This document shows positions 23,401 to 34,200 of a stretch of DNA of 46,350 nucleotides, piece after piece. Origin of the DNA: Dimorphilus gyrociliatus (lineage: Eukaryota > Animalia > Annelida). Each line of letters opens with the position of its first letter. Positions within the stretch are counted from its first letter, which is position 1. The notes beneath the pieces are model-generated. The model did not search any database. It had not been told where the DNA came from and saw only the letters and a program-made list of their open reading frames with translations. The translations under genes and the position numbers were made by a program. The stretch is taken from NCBI GenBank assembly GCA_904063045.1, contig CAJFCJ010000109.1, positions 1-46,350 of the forward strand, written 5' to 3'.

Positions 23401-25330
23401 TTTTTTCCATATTTCTAACAAATAATCCATATTTGATTTTGTAAAATTGAATTGAAAAGTAATCTGACAAAAGGAAAAAAAAATGGCTGAAACTTTGAAT
23501 ATTTTCACTTGAATATATTTAGAAATTTTTGTTGTTAAAGGAGAAAGGAAATTGGGGTTAGGATCTTTTGTTTTTTTTTAACACAGAAAATGGACATGAT
23601 TTATTATCAACTAGCTTCTATTTACATAGATTATCAATTTTAAAGCATTTTATCATTGATCCGTGGCTAGAACTTGAATTTCTTGCTACTCTGCAAATGA
23701 AGATAAATGAGTAATGATTGCAAATTTTCAAATGGATGAAAAGATAATAAAATTATTAACATAATTTTAGAAATATCATAACTTTGAAAATTAGCAATAA
23801 AACTTGTATTTTCCACCAATTTCTTGTATTTAAAGACTGAATGAAGATGATCATAGCCAAGTAATTTACATAATTCATTAGTGAGAGTTAATGGTAATTT
23901 TCCATACTCTAGTAATCTATCAGTATTTTCATTTTTCATTTTTACATATAGAATTCCAAATATAGAATTATTATTATCATTCAAGATATTTAAATTAAAT
24001 TTGACTTCTTTAATTGAATTGGATTTTGTTACTTTAGTTAAAAAGAAAAAGTATGAATAATTTTGGCAGTTTTATTTCTTTTATTGTTTTACTATTTTTA
24101 AATTTTTCAAAGCATTTGACAGTAATTTTTTGAATGTCTGTAACATATGTTCTAGTATGCTGTTCATAGTAGCATCCTTCTACTCTTTTCTTCTTCCTAT
24201 AGCAACCTTTCATTTTGAAGGATGATCCCTAAATAATCAATATTTATTGCTAATTTAATAATGTCTAGAGACAAAGGAAAGAAAAGAAAACAAAAAAGAG
24301 ATTATACTTGAAATGTCACGTTTACACTTGAACAACTTTTCACATAGTGATTGTCAAGTATTTTCAGGCAAATGAAGATGCAGGCATCTTCCCTTGTAAC
24401 ACTGGAATCAAAATAGGGTGGAAATATTTTTAATGCTTTTGTTACAAAATAATATGTTTCCAATGGATTAAAATTATAGGTTGATAAATGGAAGAAAGGA
24501 TGAAGATTGTTCAATTCTTTTCCTTGAATTATTGAAAAATCTGAGGAAATGTATATAAATTTTAGTTGATTTTCTCTCTCTCTCCCTCTCTCTCTCTCTT
24601 GTACCATTCATCTCATCATTTGAGCACAGTTGGTGACTAATTCCATCCTGTTCAACATTAACCTTGCTTCTAATTGTTCCATTGTCATTATCCAATAATA
24701 AAATCATCTTTCTACTAAATGAAACTCTATTCAAATTGCTTTTGTTGCTCAATGTAAATAGAGATTTTTCGCAAAGATAACTCTTTAATCTCTCCGAATT
24801 TTGAATTTTGTAAGCAATTCCATTCAAAATTGAATAGAGCGTAAAGATATTCTTCTTCTTTACTAAACCAAAATAATCTGAAAAAGAAAGAGAAAGGGAT
24901 GGATGAGAATTACTTTTTACCTTTAAAAATAAAAATTCAACAGCTAACAATCAGTTTGAAATTTAAAGCATTTTAAGATAATTTTACTGCAAGTAATAGA
25001 TGAATTTTCAAATTTTGTATCATTATTTTCCATTATCCAATAAACGCAGACTTTTTCGCCAACCTTTCCAAAGGCAATTATCGAATAATACGGATTGTAT
25101 CCAAAATATTCGCATAGAATATTTTCAAATGAATTCTTGTATAGAAATTTTATTGGAAATTTTTCACTCGTTTCAGTTTTATTAAAAGTAACTAGGCCTA
25201 AAACATATTGCCGAGTTTCGTTTTTTATATCATAGAATACATTTCCCCGAGGACGTCTATTAAAATGAAAAGTCAAATTTAATGATGCCATTGACAATCC
25301 AAAGAGAAGATAGTTGGAAATTTTTCTCAT
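17423..25330 (-). CDS. Apparently intact multi-exon GRL101-like receptor (roughly 1,800 aa): signal peptide, degenerate SRCR-like/CTL-like modules, ~5-6 LDLa, LRRs, hinge, 7TM, kinase-homology-like tail
   Basis: ATG at 25330 (MRKISNYLLFGLSMASL). Repeated L/IC-x3-GY/F modules and a CTL-like CYSFY...EEFCLKRNLTL. LDLa motifs include CNYNNDCLDGSDE, CNNERNCFDSSDE, CDGIHQCFQHDDE and CDDIIDCLDGSDE. LRRs lie in 18900-19700, with hinge KICC...CSNLI. TM2 INLSDLIISLY, TM3 CKILGF...RHIAV, TM6 SNFLLWIPI, TM7 LPFNSILNPILLT. The introns I could phase in the 3' half join in frame; 5' exon junctions were only partly checked. Confidence 0.88.
23005..23146 (+). mobile_element. Diverged telomere-motif MITE copy in an intron
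   Basis: gttagggt...gagggttagg...gttaagggtaaaacacc...cattttcttccagaccc resembles the family right end. Confidence 0.5.
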
Positions 25331-25876
25331 TTTTCCAGAATGGAGTTTTTTGAGATAAAAAGAGAAAAGAAAAAAAATTCGACTAAACGCTTTATAGAAA
25401 TTAAAATTTTTATTACGCAGGAGAATGCAATTTAATCTTCCATCTTTTGTTCAATAAATCATTACTTTTCTCATTCACCTTAAACATATTTTATGTCCGA
25501 TACGTTTTTATTAGGTTAACTTTTTATTAATTTTTTAAACAACTAGTTTTCTTATACTATATTTAAATAAAACCGGAAGTTCATTCAGTTGAAATCTTGA
25601 AAATTTTTCTACCAATTTGCTATTCCGTTTATAGTAAAATCTTTTATTGAAAATGACTTAGGAAAGGTCAATGATATGGGTTAGGGTTAGGGTATTTTTT
25701 TTCAATTTCTGTTGTATCCCAACTATGGTGTTATTATAAAGATGTCAGCATCAATTTGAAAGTACAAATCAATTACTGTATTTCTCTGTTATGCAACAGA
25801 TCATTTAATCTAATTTCTCCTTTATCAGAAATGATTTTTCTTTTCTTACAATAGACCATTTTCAAAAGATTTGATA

Positions 25877-25891
25877 GTAGCGCCATCTATA
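25877..25891 (-). promoter_or_regulatory. CTCF-like site (TAGATGGCGC core)
   Basis: gcgccatcta at 25880-25889, the same 10-mer and orientation as 13965-13974. Confidence 0.45.
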
Positions 25892-26375
25892 GAGAAAATT
25901 CTAATTTTTTTATTCTAAAGTTTTCTTTCAATATCTGATTTCTAAATATGAATATATGATGAATACAGAGAATATATTTGAATTGATATTAAATACTTTT
26001 CTTTTGTTGTCCTGAGAATATCGTTTTCACATTTACAGGTTCTATTCTTTATAAAAAAGGTATATATATATATATATATAGGCTTATATAGTATTTAATT
26101 TTATTGATGTTTTATTTCTGTAAAAAGAAACAATTTTTAGATTTCTACAACATACAAAATAGAAAATGGATGTATAGCATATTTACAAGAGAGTTCACAA
26201 TGAATCTTATCAAGTCTTTACAAAAGATATAGAGAATTTTGATTGTATATGTTTAAATGTTTATATTGTAATTTCTACTGATTATTTTGGGTCTAAATCA
26301 ATCATTAACAATAATAAATATATTGCATTTTTAACAAAATCAAGAAATATTGAAATAAGAAAAAGAGAAAATTGG

Positions 26376-27730
26376 ATGAAATGTATAATAACTTGCTATA
26401 AGCCTAACTACACAAAATATTTATATAAATTATTGCCATTGTCTTATTTCTATTTCAACATTCTACAACAAAACAATAATGAAGAGATTCTATGCCATAA
26501 ATTTGGACAAATTTATTTACCATACACAATTTCATATTTAAACCAAAAGGCATTTTCTCTTGTAAATATTGAGAATATTTTTGCAATGGTATTTATGATT
26601 GTCCAAATGGAGTTGATGAAACATTTTGTACAAATTTTACATGTTCAACGAATTGCAATTGTACTCAGTCTTCTATTGTAATTTGTAAAAATTCAATTGG
26701 CTCTTTAAATGAAATTTTACAATTAAATATTTTTAAAATAGTTGAATTTTTCCAATTTAAACAATTTCTTACCATTAAATTAGAAAGAAAAATTTATTTA
26801 ATTACTAGTTTAACATTACAAAATGGCGGATTGGGTATTAATATTCAAAGGAATTTCTTTCATTCAATCATCAATCTTATCATATTGAGGTTGAATAATA
26901 TAAAACTGGAGTATGAAAATGGCAATTCTCTATTCTTAGCCTTACCAAAATACTTACAATAATTAAGCTTAAGAGAGAATTCATAAAAAAAATAGATAAA
27001 CTCCTTTTTGCAAATAATTTAAAGAATTTAAAATATTTGGATTTATCTGGAAATTTATTATCATTTCTAGATTTCAAACACTTTGCACATATATAAAATT
27101 TAAGTTCATTAAACATAAGTTTTAATAGAATCCATAGTATTGAAAATCCAAATTTTTCATTTAAATTGCTGTTGCAGGAAAACATTTAAAAGAGATTTAA
27201 ACATTCAAATTTTAAATATTATTTAAAATTTAAAATTAGACAAATTTTTTGTTGGTAGTAATATAATTTGTTGTCAATTGAAAAACTTTACAACATGTTT
27301 CAATACAAAACAAACATTGTATTCTTGTAAAATAAGTGAGATTTCTAAAAATATTCTGCTTGTCCTCTCATTACTTAATATATTATTATTAATATTTTTC
27401 CTTTGTATTGTATTTTACACAAAATTTCTACATAATTTTCAAATAATTTCTATATTCAAATACACATTTATAATGATAAATGGTGTACATCTATTGACCT
27501 ATTTATTAGGAATAATTTGTAATTTTAAACTTAGAGATTATAATAAATCAATTTTTCAAAATAATTCAATTGTCTTTTATACAATTTACTTTTATTCTTT
27601 TTAATTGGTTATAAACTAATCTATAGATTTTTTGCCATACTTTTCAAAGTTTTTGAAAAATTGAATATCAATATCTTATAACTGTTTTATTTTTTATTTC
27701 ATTCCTTAATTTACCTTTTCGAAAATATCC
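26376..27730 (+). pseudogene. GRL101-like paralogue 4 (LDLa-LRR-hinge-TM), decayed
   Basis: CNGIYDCPNGVDETFC after a frameshift at 26578-26582. LRRs: LQ*LSLRENS (stop 26960-26962), LKYLDLSGNLL and LNISFNRIHSI. Hinge: NIICCQLKNFTTC. Hydrophobic TM1-2 at 27330-27530. Confidence 0.75.
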
Positions 27731-27984
27731 ATCAATTTCTTCAATTATTTCAAAAAATTAAGGTACAGCTTTAGGGTCAAGGTTAACATAAAAAAAATTT
27801 ACCACCATTCCTATTTATTTTTAGGTTACTGATTGAAAAGAAATCTACTGAAGAGATTATTTTTCAAGGTTAAATTTTTCTATATTTTTTGTTGAATCAT
27901 TAAAAGAATACATATTTTTGAAATTTTTTCATACACTAATGTACTTTGTTGTATTGTAATTTTTTTTGTTGTAATCTAATTCTT

Positions 27985-28578
27985 CTAAATCTTTTGTATC
28001 AATATAAAAGCATTTAAGCATAGCTCTTTTTCAAATTTTCTTCTATATTGCTTAAGTTCATTGTCTCCTTCTTTCCTTTCATTATCAAAAAATATTTCTG
28101 CTCTCTTTGCCAATTTAATATATTGGTTAACTGAGTTAATCTTTCCATCTTTTTCCACATGGTTTACAATTTTTCCTTTTAGACCATTCCTGAATATACT
28201 TAAGAGTTGAAGCTCTCTAACTCTTTCAGTAACACAAGCCATTTCATTGGTAATGAATGGTAGGAATTTCTCCACAAGTTCTTTACTTCTTCTAACAAAA
28301 CTTTGAACAGTTTCATCATTAAACTGTTTCAATCTATCAATATCTTTCTTATAAGCCATAGGATCTGGATTAAATTCTTCATCCAATGCATCCCAAATTT
28401 CATTTTCATTTGCCATGGAAGGTAAACTTTCAATTACATCTCTGGCTCTTCCAGTTGTGTATTTTCTCAGCATTCGAATTCTCTTTTCATCTGTGTCCCA
28501 AAGGTTTAATTCACAAGCAGTTTGAAAGTTCCTCTTAAAGGCCCAAGTATCTTTGCTACCAGAATAGGGTCTCAGCAA
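27985..28578 (-). mobile_element. Ty3/Gypsy-type Gag (capsid-like) ORF without pol
   Basis: PYSG...W..F...C.LN.W, L.GRA, major-homology-like LKQFNDETVQSF, F.NGL and AKRAE. No protease, RT or integrase recognised nearby. Confidence 0.75.
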
Positions 28579-29329
28579 AGTAGTATTAGGTTTCTCATTA
28601 GCATCAATTAGAAGACTTGCAATTGTCTTTCATCTTCTAAATAATAGTTGCATTTCGAAGGTTGAAGAGTTGAATAAGATGTAACAATTTTAATAGGACA
28701 AGTCGAACAATGCAGAAAACATAGGGATTATATGTTTGACCGTTTTTTATATTCTACTTTTAAAAATAATAATGAATTGTTCTACTAAACAAGTTTAGCA
28801 TCAACATATAAGGAGGAAGCATATTGGATTATTATGCTATTAGCAATATTGTATATACAATACTGCATAATAGTATCTAAGACTTGAAATAAGTATAATT
28901 ATCAATTAAGTAAAGTCAATTTAGCTGCATTCAGAATTTGTAATATTCAAGTTAAGTTGTAAATTACAATATTTAGCTTCAAATAGTTTGCCACGCCTTG
29001 TACAGGCGCCGCCCTACACAAAAGTAAGTCAAGCCTGCTTATCTCTATCTACACTATCAGTACAGAGCAATACTAGTTTAATACCACTTGTCTATTGCAG
29101 AATAGAGCTGACGAATGTATTGTGCCTATGTGTACAATTGTTTTATATTTTTTAATTTTTCCAAATATTTAAGTTTTTTTATTTTTTAATAACAGCATTT
29201 TCTTTTGATTGTCGATGTACCTTGTATTGTAATTGTAGAAATTTCTGCTTCTTCACAACAGTATTCGTACTCTTGAATCATTTATCAACTCACCAAAGTA
29301 CTGTTCCTAATAGAACTTTTTAAGTTTGT

Positions 29330-29870
29330 CCACAATCTTATGTATATGATGGTAAGGTTGATTGTTATTCAGGCATTGATGAAAACCATGAATATGATTC
29401 AGATAGTTACATACATAATTCATGTAATAAATACAAATATTCTGATAAGAATTGCTCATTCAAAACTTCATCACTTGGATTTTCACTTACAAATATGTTT
29501 CTTCAAAAAGAATTGTCCTGATGGAAGTGATAAACTTTTGTATCCAACTCCAACAATTCAACACATCCATTGTCAGCTAATTCACATCTTTCAAATGGTT
29601 TGTGGCGACTCTTCAAAGACTTGCCAAAGTGTAGACCTAGGCAATGCAACTTTTGAAAATGTACAATATTTGAAATTAATAAAATTCATTGGTGAAGTAA
29701 TAAAAAATGTGACTATTCCCAAAATTCTCAATTATATATCAGCTTTGATTACAACTGCTGGATGTATCTTTTAATAAAAAGTTGGTGTCTTTAAAGAGAG
29801 ATGATTTTGAAAATGTTCCAAACTTACAGAGATTATTCATTGTCAAGTGTAAATTGAGAATATTGGAGGA
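29330..29870 (+). pseudogene. GRL101-like paralogue 5 relic (LDLa + LRR-like fragments)
   Basis: YDGKVDCYSGIDE and NCPDGSDK in different frames, followed by degenerate LRR-like sequence with stops. Confidence 0.5.
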
Positions 29871-30329
29871 AAACATCTTTGAGCCTCTTAGGGGTAAATA
29901 AAAAAAAATAAACAAAAAATATTTCTCATGATAATTTCTATATTTTGAATATTGAAAATCTTATTATTTATGTTATTTAGTGAATATCAAAAGTTTATAT
30001 AAATTGTTGAAGAATTAGTTATAATTTTCATATAGGTAGCCATGTTTAGTGTTTGGTTAACTTCTAAAAAATGATGTTGTACCACTTCTTACATTTTGCT
30101 TTATACAGTGAACAAAGGTATGGATTGAAATCCCTACGACAGCTGGACATATAGGAGTAATATTTTCGTGTCGTGACTGGAAAGAAAATATGTCATTATT
30201 CAAATATTTTTTTGAAATAGGTTACATTACCCTTTTTTGTTGTAAAAAAATTGACCCTGCTCTAAATGTCAACAAGTGTCCATTGTGCCTGCTGGTCTTG
30301 TTGGTAATCTAAAAAGGAATCTCATATTG

Positions 30330-30732
30330 GTGTCACTTCAAAAGTTACCATTAACTGATGGTGGACACCAATATGGAAATTGTAATTCATTGGAATAGAT
30401 CACTTCAACATTAACACTTTTAGGATAGCTCCTATATGTCTTTATCCTATGACCAAGAACATAGAGAAAACATGATACAGCTGTCAATGTAATTAGTGTC
30501 CAAAATACCCTTAGAAAGAGTTAAAGTAATGTAAAATTTTGAATTGTTTGTAAGGTTGTAGTCTATTTATATTTTCATACCTTCTTAACGAATTTTTTCC
30601 ACCTGTAATGTACTTTACACCATGGAATGCCGTGTCCGTATTGTTTGGGATTTTAAGAGAATATTTCTCTTCCACAATGTTTAAATCAATTGAAAAAAGG
30701 TTTTGAAAATATTCCAATTTTTTAACTAACAA
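30330..30732 (-). pseudogene. DEG/ENaC channel 5' fragment (HG motif, TM1, beta1)
   Basis: Exon DTAFHGVKYITGGKNSLR, 71-nt GT-AG intron (30580-30510), then RVFWTLITLTAVSCFLYVLGHRIKTYRSYPKSVNVEVIYSNELQFP. Homology stops after FP. Confidence 0.8.
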
Positions 30733-30779
30733 TCATTCAGATTCGCAATGTCAAGGACAATTTTCTTTTCTAATTAACA

Positions 30780-30990
30780 GTGTTTGTTTGTTACTCAATT
30801 TATTACGATATAGAAAATTGTCAAAGACAAACAATAAGAATTAGTAATTTTAAAATGTCGCGTTCTATGGAATATTTATAGCTCTCCACCTGCAAAAGCC
30901 TTTACGCCATGAAATCGAGCAGTTGAGGTAGAGTTGTTGATTCTGGAGAATGCTAATTTCACTTCATACAGTGCGTGTATAAATGCGAAT
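30780..30990 (-). pseudogene. Second, more decayed DEG/ENaC N-terminus
   Basis: STARFHGVKAFAGG (30885-30925) duplicates the HG motif, followed by a broken hydrophobic LLILIVCL. Confidence 0.5.
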
Positions 30991-31081
30991 CTTTTTCAAT
31001 TGGTATTGGTTGAAGAGCCTAGTGAAATCTATTCTCTAATGAATCAATATGTTTGTTATGCTTGATGAAATTATTAACACT

Positions 31082-31533
31082 TCAAACAATTTTCTCATTT
31101 CGACATAATAAATTTTCACCAGTGGTATTCATTTGGAAAGTTCTACTTTCTCTATTGGCAGTTGACCTAGGAAATCTTACTTTTAAAGATTGTCTTTTGC
31201 TAGCGTGACAAGTATCTGTTTGGTTATCAAACATAACATGAGATCGGTGAAAAGTTACGGAACCAGTTGACTCGTCATTAACCTTATTACCAATAATACA
31301 GATATTTTTCTTGTATTCTTTCGTCTTTTCCGCCAAATTGGCAAACTATTGAATTTGAAACAAACCTACTTGTTTACTTACTTTTAGTCTAATAATGCTA
31401 CCAATGTATATAAGACTTTTGCCATTGTCTAATGCTGCTGCAATGGCAATTTCTTTCTCATGTATGGCACGCGCAAGTGACTGTGTGTTGGGTATTCCTC
31501 CCAGAAAACACGTCAATCTGTTATCTACTAAAC

Positions 31534-31568
<35 letters not shown>

Positions 31569-31861
31569 TTAGTCTCTGTTGATATTTGTTTGCATTTGGA
31601 CTTAACGTAACATTGATTAGCCACATTAAATGCAACTGCAACACAGTTATTATGACTTGAACACAATTGCGTGCAATCAGTTGCCGATTTGTTGTTATAT
31701 ACATTAATATTGTTGTTTTCACAATTTTTGTCTACTCGAAGTCTATAGCCAGGTTGTTCCAAACGACTAAGGAAACATCCGTATTCAGGTTCGTAGCATA
31801 TATGTCCCTTAGAGCATGATGATAAACTTTCAGAAGCATCTTGAAAATAGTTTGAAAACAT
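31082..31861 (-). CDS. PAN/apple-like domain protein with an uncharacterised MFDNQxxTC...L.xRFP domain (paralogue A; 3' part truncated)
   Basis: CTQLCSSHNNCVAVAFNVANQCYVKSKC (PAN-like). Clear by-eye similarity to 37649-38919 (CYExxYGCFLS, DNRLTCFxGG, MFDNQxxTC). Confidence 0.6.
31535..31565. repeat. (TA)n microsatellite inside a coding exon
   Basis: A 31-nt TA run translating as YIYIYIYIYI. Confidence 0.95.
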
Positions 31862-31971
31862 TACAAGTTTTTAATGAATGATTAAGGGAAATCTTACCAC
31901 CAACTTTTAAACGATCATTTCTTGGTATATTCCAGATATTGTCAAGTAAGCAAAAGGAATTTTGCGTTAAA

Positions 31972-32415
31972 ATGGCGAAAATTGTTATTTTTATCATTGT
32001 TATTCTCTCTATTGCAGATCAATTATACTCTCCAAATGCACTGACTTTTTATATACTGAGAGAAAACCTGGAATATTTGAAAAATTTACCAATACTAGAC
32101 TTATTTTTCCATATTTAAACTATTTCAGCTAATAAATAATCTAGTGTTTTCGTAAATACTGCAAACTGCCATTTAAGCTGGTCATACTCAATTCACACCT
32201 TACAACTGTTAGTAATTTAGCAGACACTCAAATTTTAACATTGCTAACTGTAGAACTGTGCTGATGTAAGCCTAATATCAAATGAATGCGTGGAAAGGGA
32301 TGGATCTACTGTCTGTGTATGTACTGGAAATTTGTGTAATTCATCACCAAAGAATATGCCTAATTGGCTTATGTTTCAAATGTTGTTTTCAGTTCTACTG
32401 TACTTAATGAAGTGA
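31972..32415 (+). pseudogene. Ly6/uPAR three-finger (Quiver/Sleepless-like) GPI-anchored protein gene, middle disrupted
   Basis: Signal peptide MAKIVIFIIVILSIA at 31972. The last exon (32254-32415) reads NCADVSLISNECVERDGSTVCVCTGNLCNSSPKNMPNWLMFQMLFSVLLYLMK*, i.e. CxCxxNLCN plus a hydrophobic GPI-like tail. The middle cannot be read in one frame. Confidence 0.55.
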
Positions 32416-32561
32416 ATTAATACATTGAAACTTCCTTCTGAGAGAAAAAAAAAGACAGTTATCTATTGCGTAATGATTGAAATAGCAAATATTTAAAAGT
32501 TTGAGTAGAAGTAGTATTAGTTAAACTTTCTTTTGGCTTTCCTTCATAATCAAATCTCTAC

Positions 32562-34200
32562 TTAACAAGATAATATCCATTTTATTTCTACCAGTAGAAT
32601 ATGTATTAATACTCTAAATGAGCTCCAATCTAACAGTACTCTTGTAGTCAGGGTTAGAGAGGGGAGAAGTGTATCTCCTTTTATACACATACCAAAGCTT
32701 GGGTTCATTTTGTCAAAGCTTTGCAAAGTCATATCTTTCAAGTTAATATAGAATTGATTACAAGTTTCATTGAATTTTAATGCTGCTGAATTATTATTAT
32801 TATCAATATCTATTTCAAATAATCTCTCCAATTCCTTTAAATGGAATATCTGTAAACTCATTGAAATCTCCATATAACATATTTGCCATTTCAGTTACAT
32901 CAATCCAAAATTGATGGAAATTTTGATCAGGTTTCTTGTATACACTTAGGTGAAAATGTTCCATAAATTTAATGCAAACTGTTTTCATTTTATCCATTTC
33001 ACATATGCTTTTTAGACAATTGTCAAGATTTTGAAGGATAACACTCTTCTTCCTTTCACTTGGTCCAAATAATTTTTCCATAAAATAGTATGGAGAGAGG
33101 TCATTAACTATTTTCACTATTTGAACGATATTTGATGAATTTAGGGCATTTTTCATTCTAGAAAAGTTATATTCAACAGTATTAATGTCATTATTAAGTG
33201 TTTGAATATAATTTTCAAAATTTGAAATATTTGTATTAAAAGTTGAAAATAATTTGAAAATACTTTTAATATTTTGTAAAAGTAAAATAGTTTTTGTTGT
33301 AAAAGGAGAAATAAATTTTTTATTCAAATTGAAATTTTTATCTCATGATAATCATTTGTCAACTTTTCCATTCTCTTTAAATTTGTATATAACATTTTAT
33401 CAGCAGCAAATTCTGATATTGCTGAAAATGATAGATTAGGTTCATAAATAATTTGGTCACATGGTACAGGACATGAACAATCCATCATAATGTTATCATC
33501 AGTTTTTGCTTTCTCCAATAATTCTTTTACACATCCATAATTCTGTGACAAAGAACAAATAACCTTTTCTGTTGAATTTGAATATTCTTTTAATATAGTT
33601 TTAGCTTCGAATGTTGTGCAATTGCACATAGTTTGAACCATTTTCCAATAGCAATGATCTATACATTCGGCGTGTGATTTGTATTTTGATTTTATACATT
33701 CGCCATATGGTGCACTTAGTTTATGAGATATCAATTTGTTTGATTCCAATGAGTGTATGCATTCCGGCCACAACTGCAAATCCTAAATCCGACATACGTG
33801 GTTTTTTATAATCGTTGTGCAGGAATATCTTAATACCAGCGTCGTTTTCCGGTCCAGGCATATAATCGTATTGTTCAATGTTGAATAGTAATGACAAGGC
33901 TTTATTCACGCCAGGCTCGGTAACAGTTAAACTGGTTGGCGGATCCTGGGAAGAAGGTGAATTGAATGTATAGCATATTCCATATTCAGTGATTGTTCTT
34001 GAAATATATTCAGGTTTGCAAGGCTTATCCATCCAATAGCAGCTGAATATGAAATTTGTTTATTTACGTCCAGTATAGTGTACAACTTTCGTTCTATTTT
34101 ATTGTTATACTATTATCTATAACTTACTTAAAATGATTATACTTTCTTTAAAGCCCAGTCTGTAGCATTGAGTTACTTATTTTTGAAAAGAGTTTTGGAC
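32562..34200 (-). pseudogene. DEG/ENaC (ASIC/FaNaC-like) extracellular domain with long post-thumb insertion; frameshifted, TM2 not found
   Basis: CYWMDKPC, TEYGICYTFN, ALSLLFNIEQYDY, AGIKIFLH, GFAVVAGMHTLIGI, LSAPYGEC, C..HC......CNC and CSCPVPCDQIIY. Frameshifts at ~34130, ~33725, ~33325 and ~32870. Confidence 0.85.

Noticed and set aside
24550-24607. RERERE peptides in ORFs 24302-24607 and 24474-24950
   Set aside because: Translation of an intronic (AG)n microsatellite.
25571-25580. ETS-like AACCGGAAGT promoter motif upstream of the intact receptor
   Set aside because: A single short motif with no independent support.
28680-29136. 5' LTR for the gag ORF (TGT...ACA ends, ATTAAA near the end)
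   Set aside because: No TGG primer-binding site follows and there is no second LTR copy in the window.
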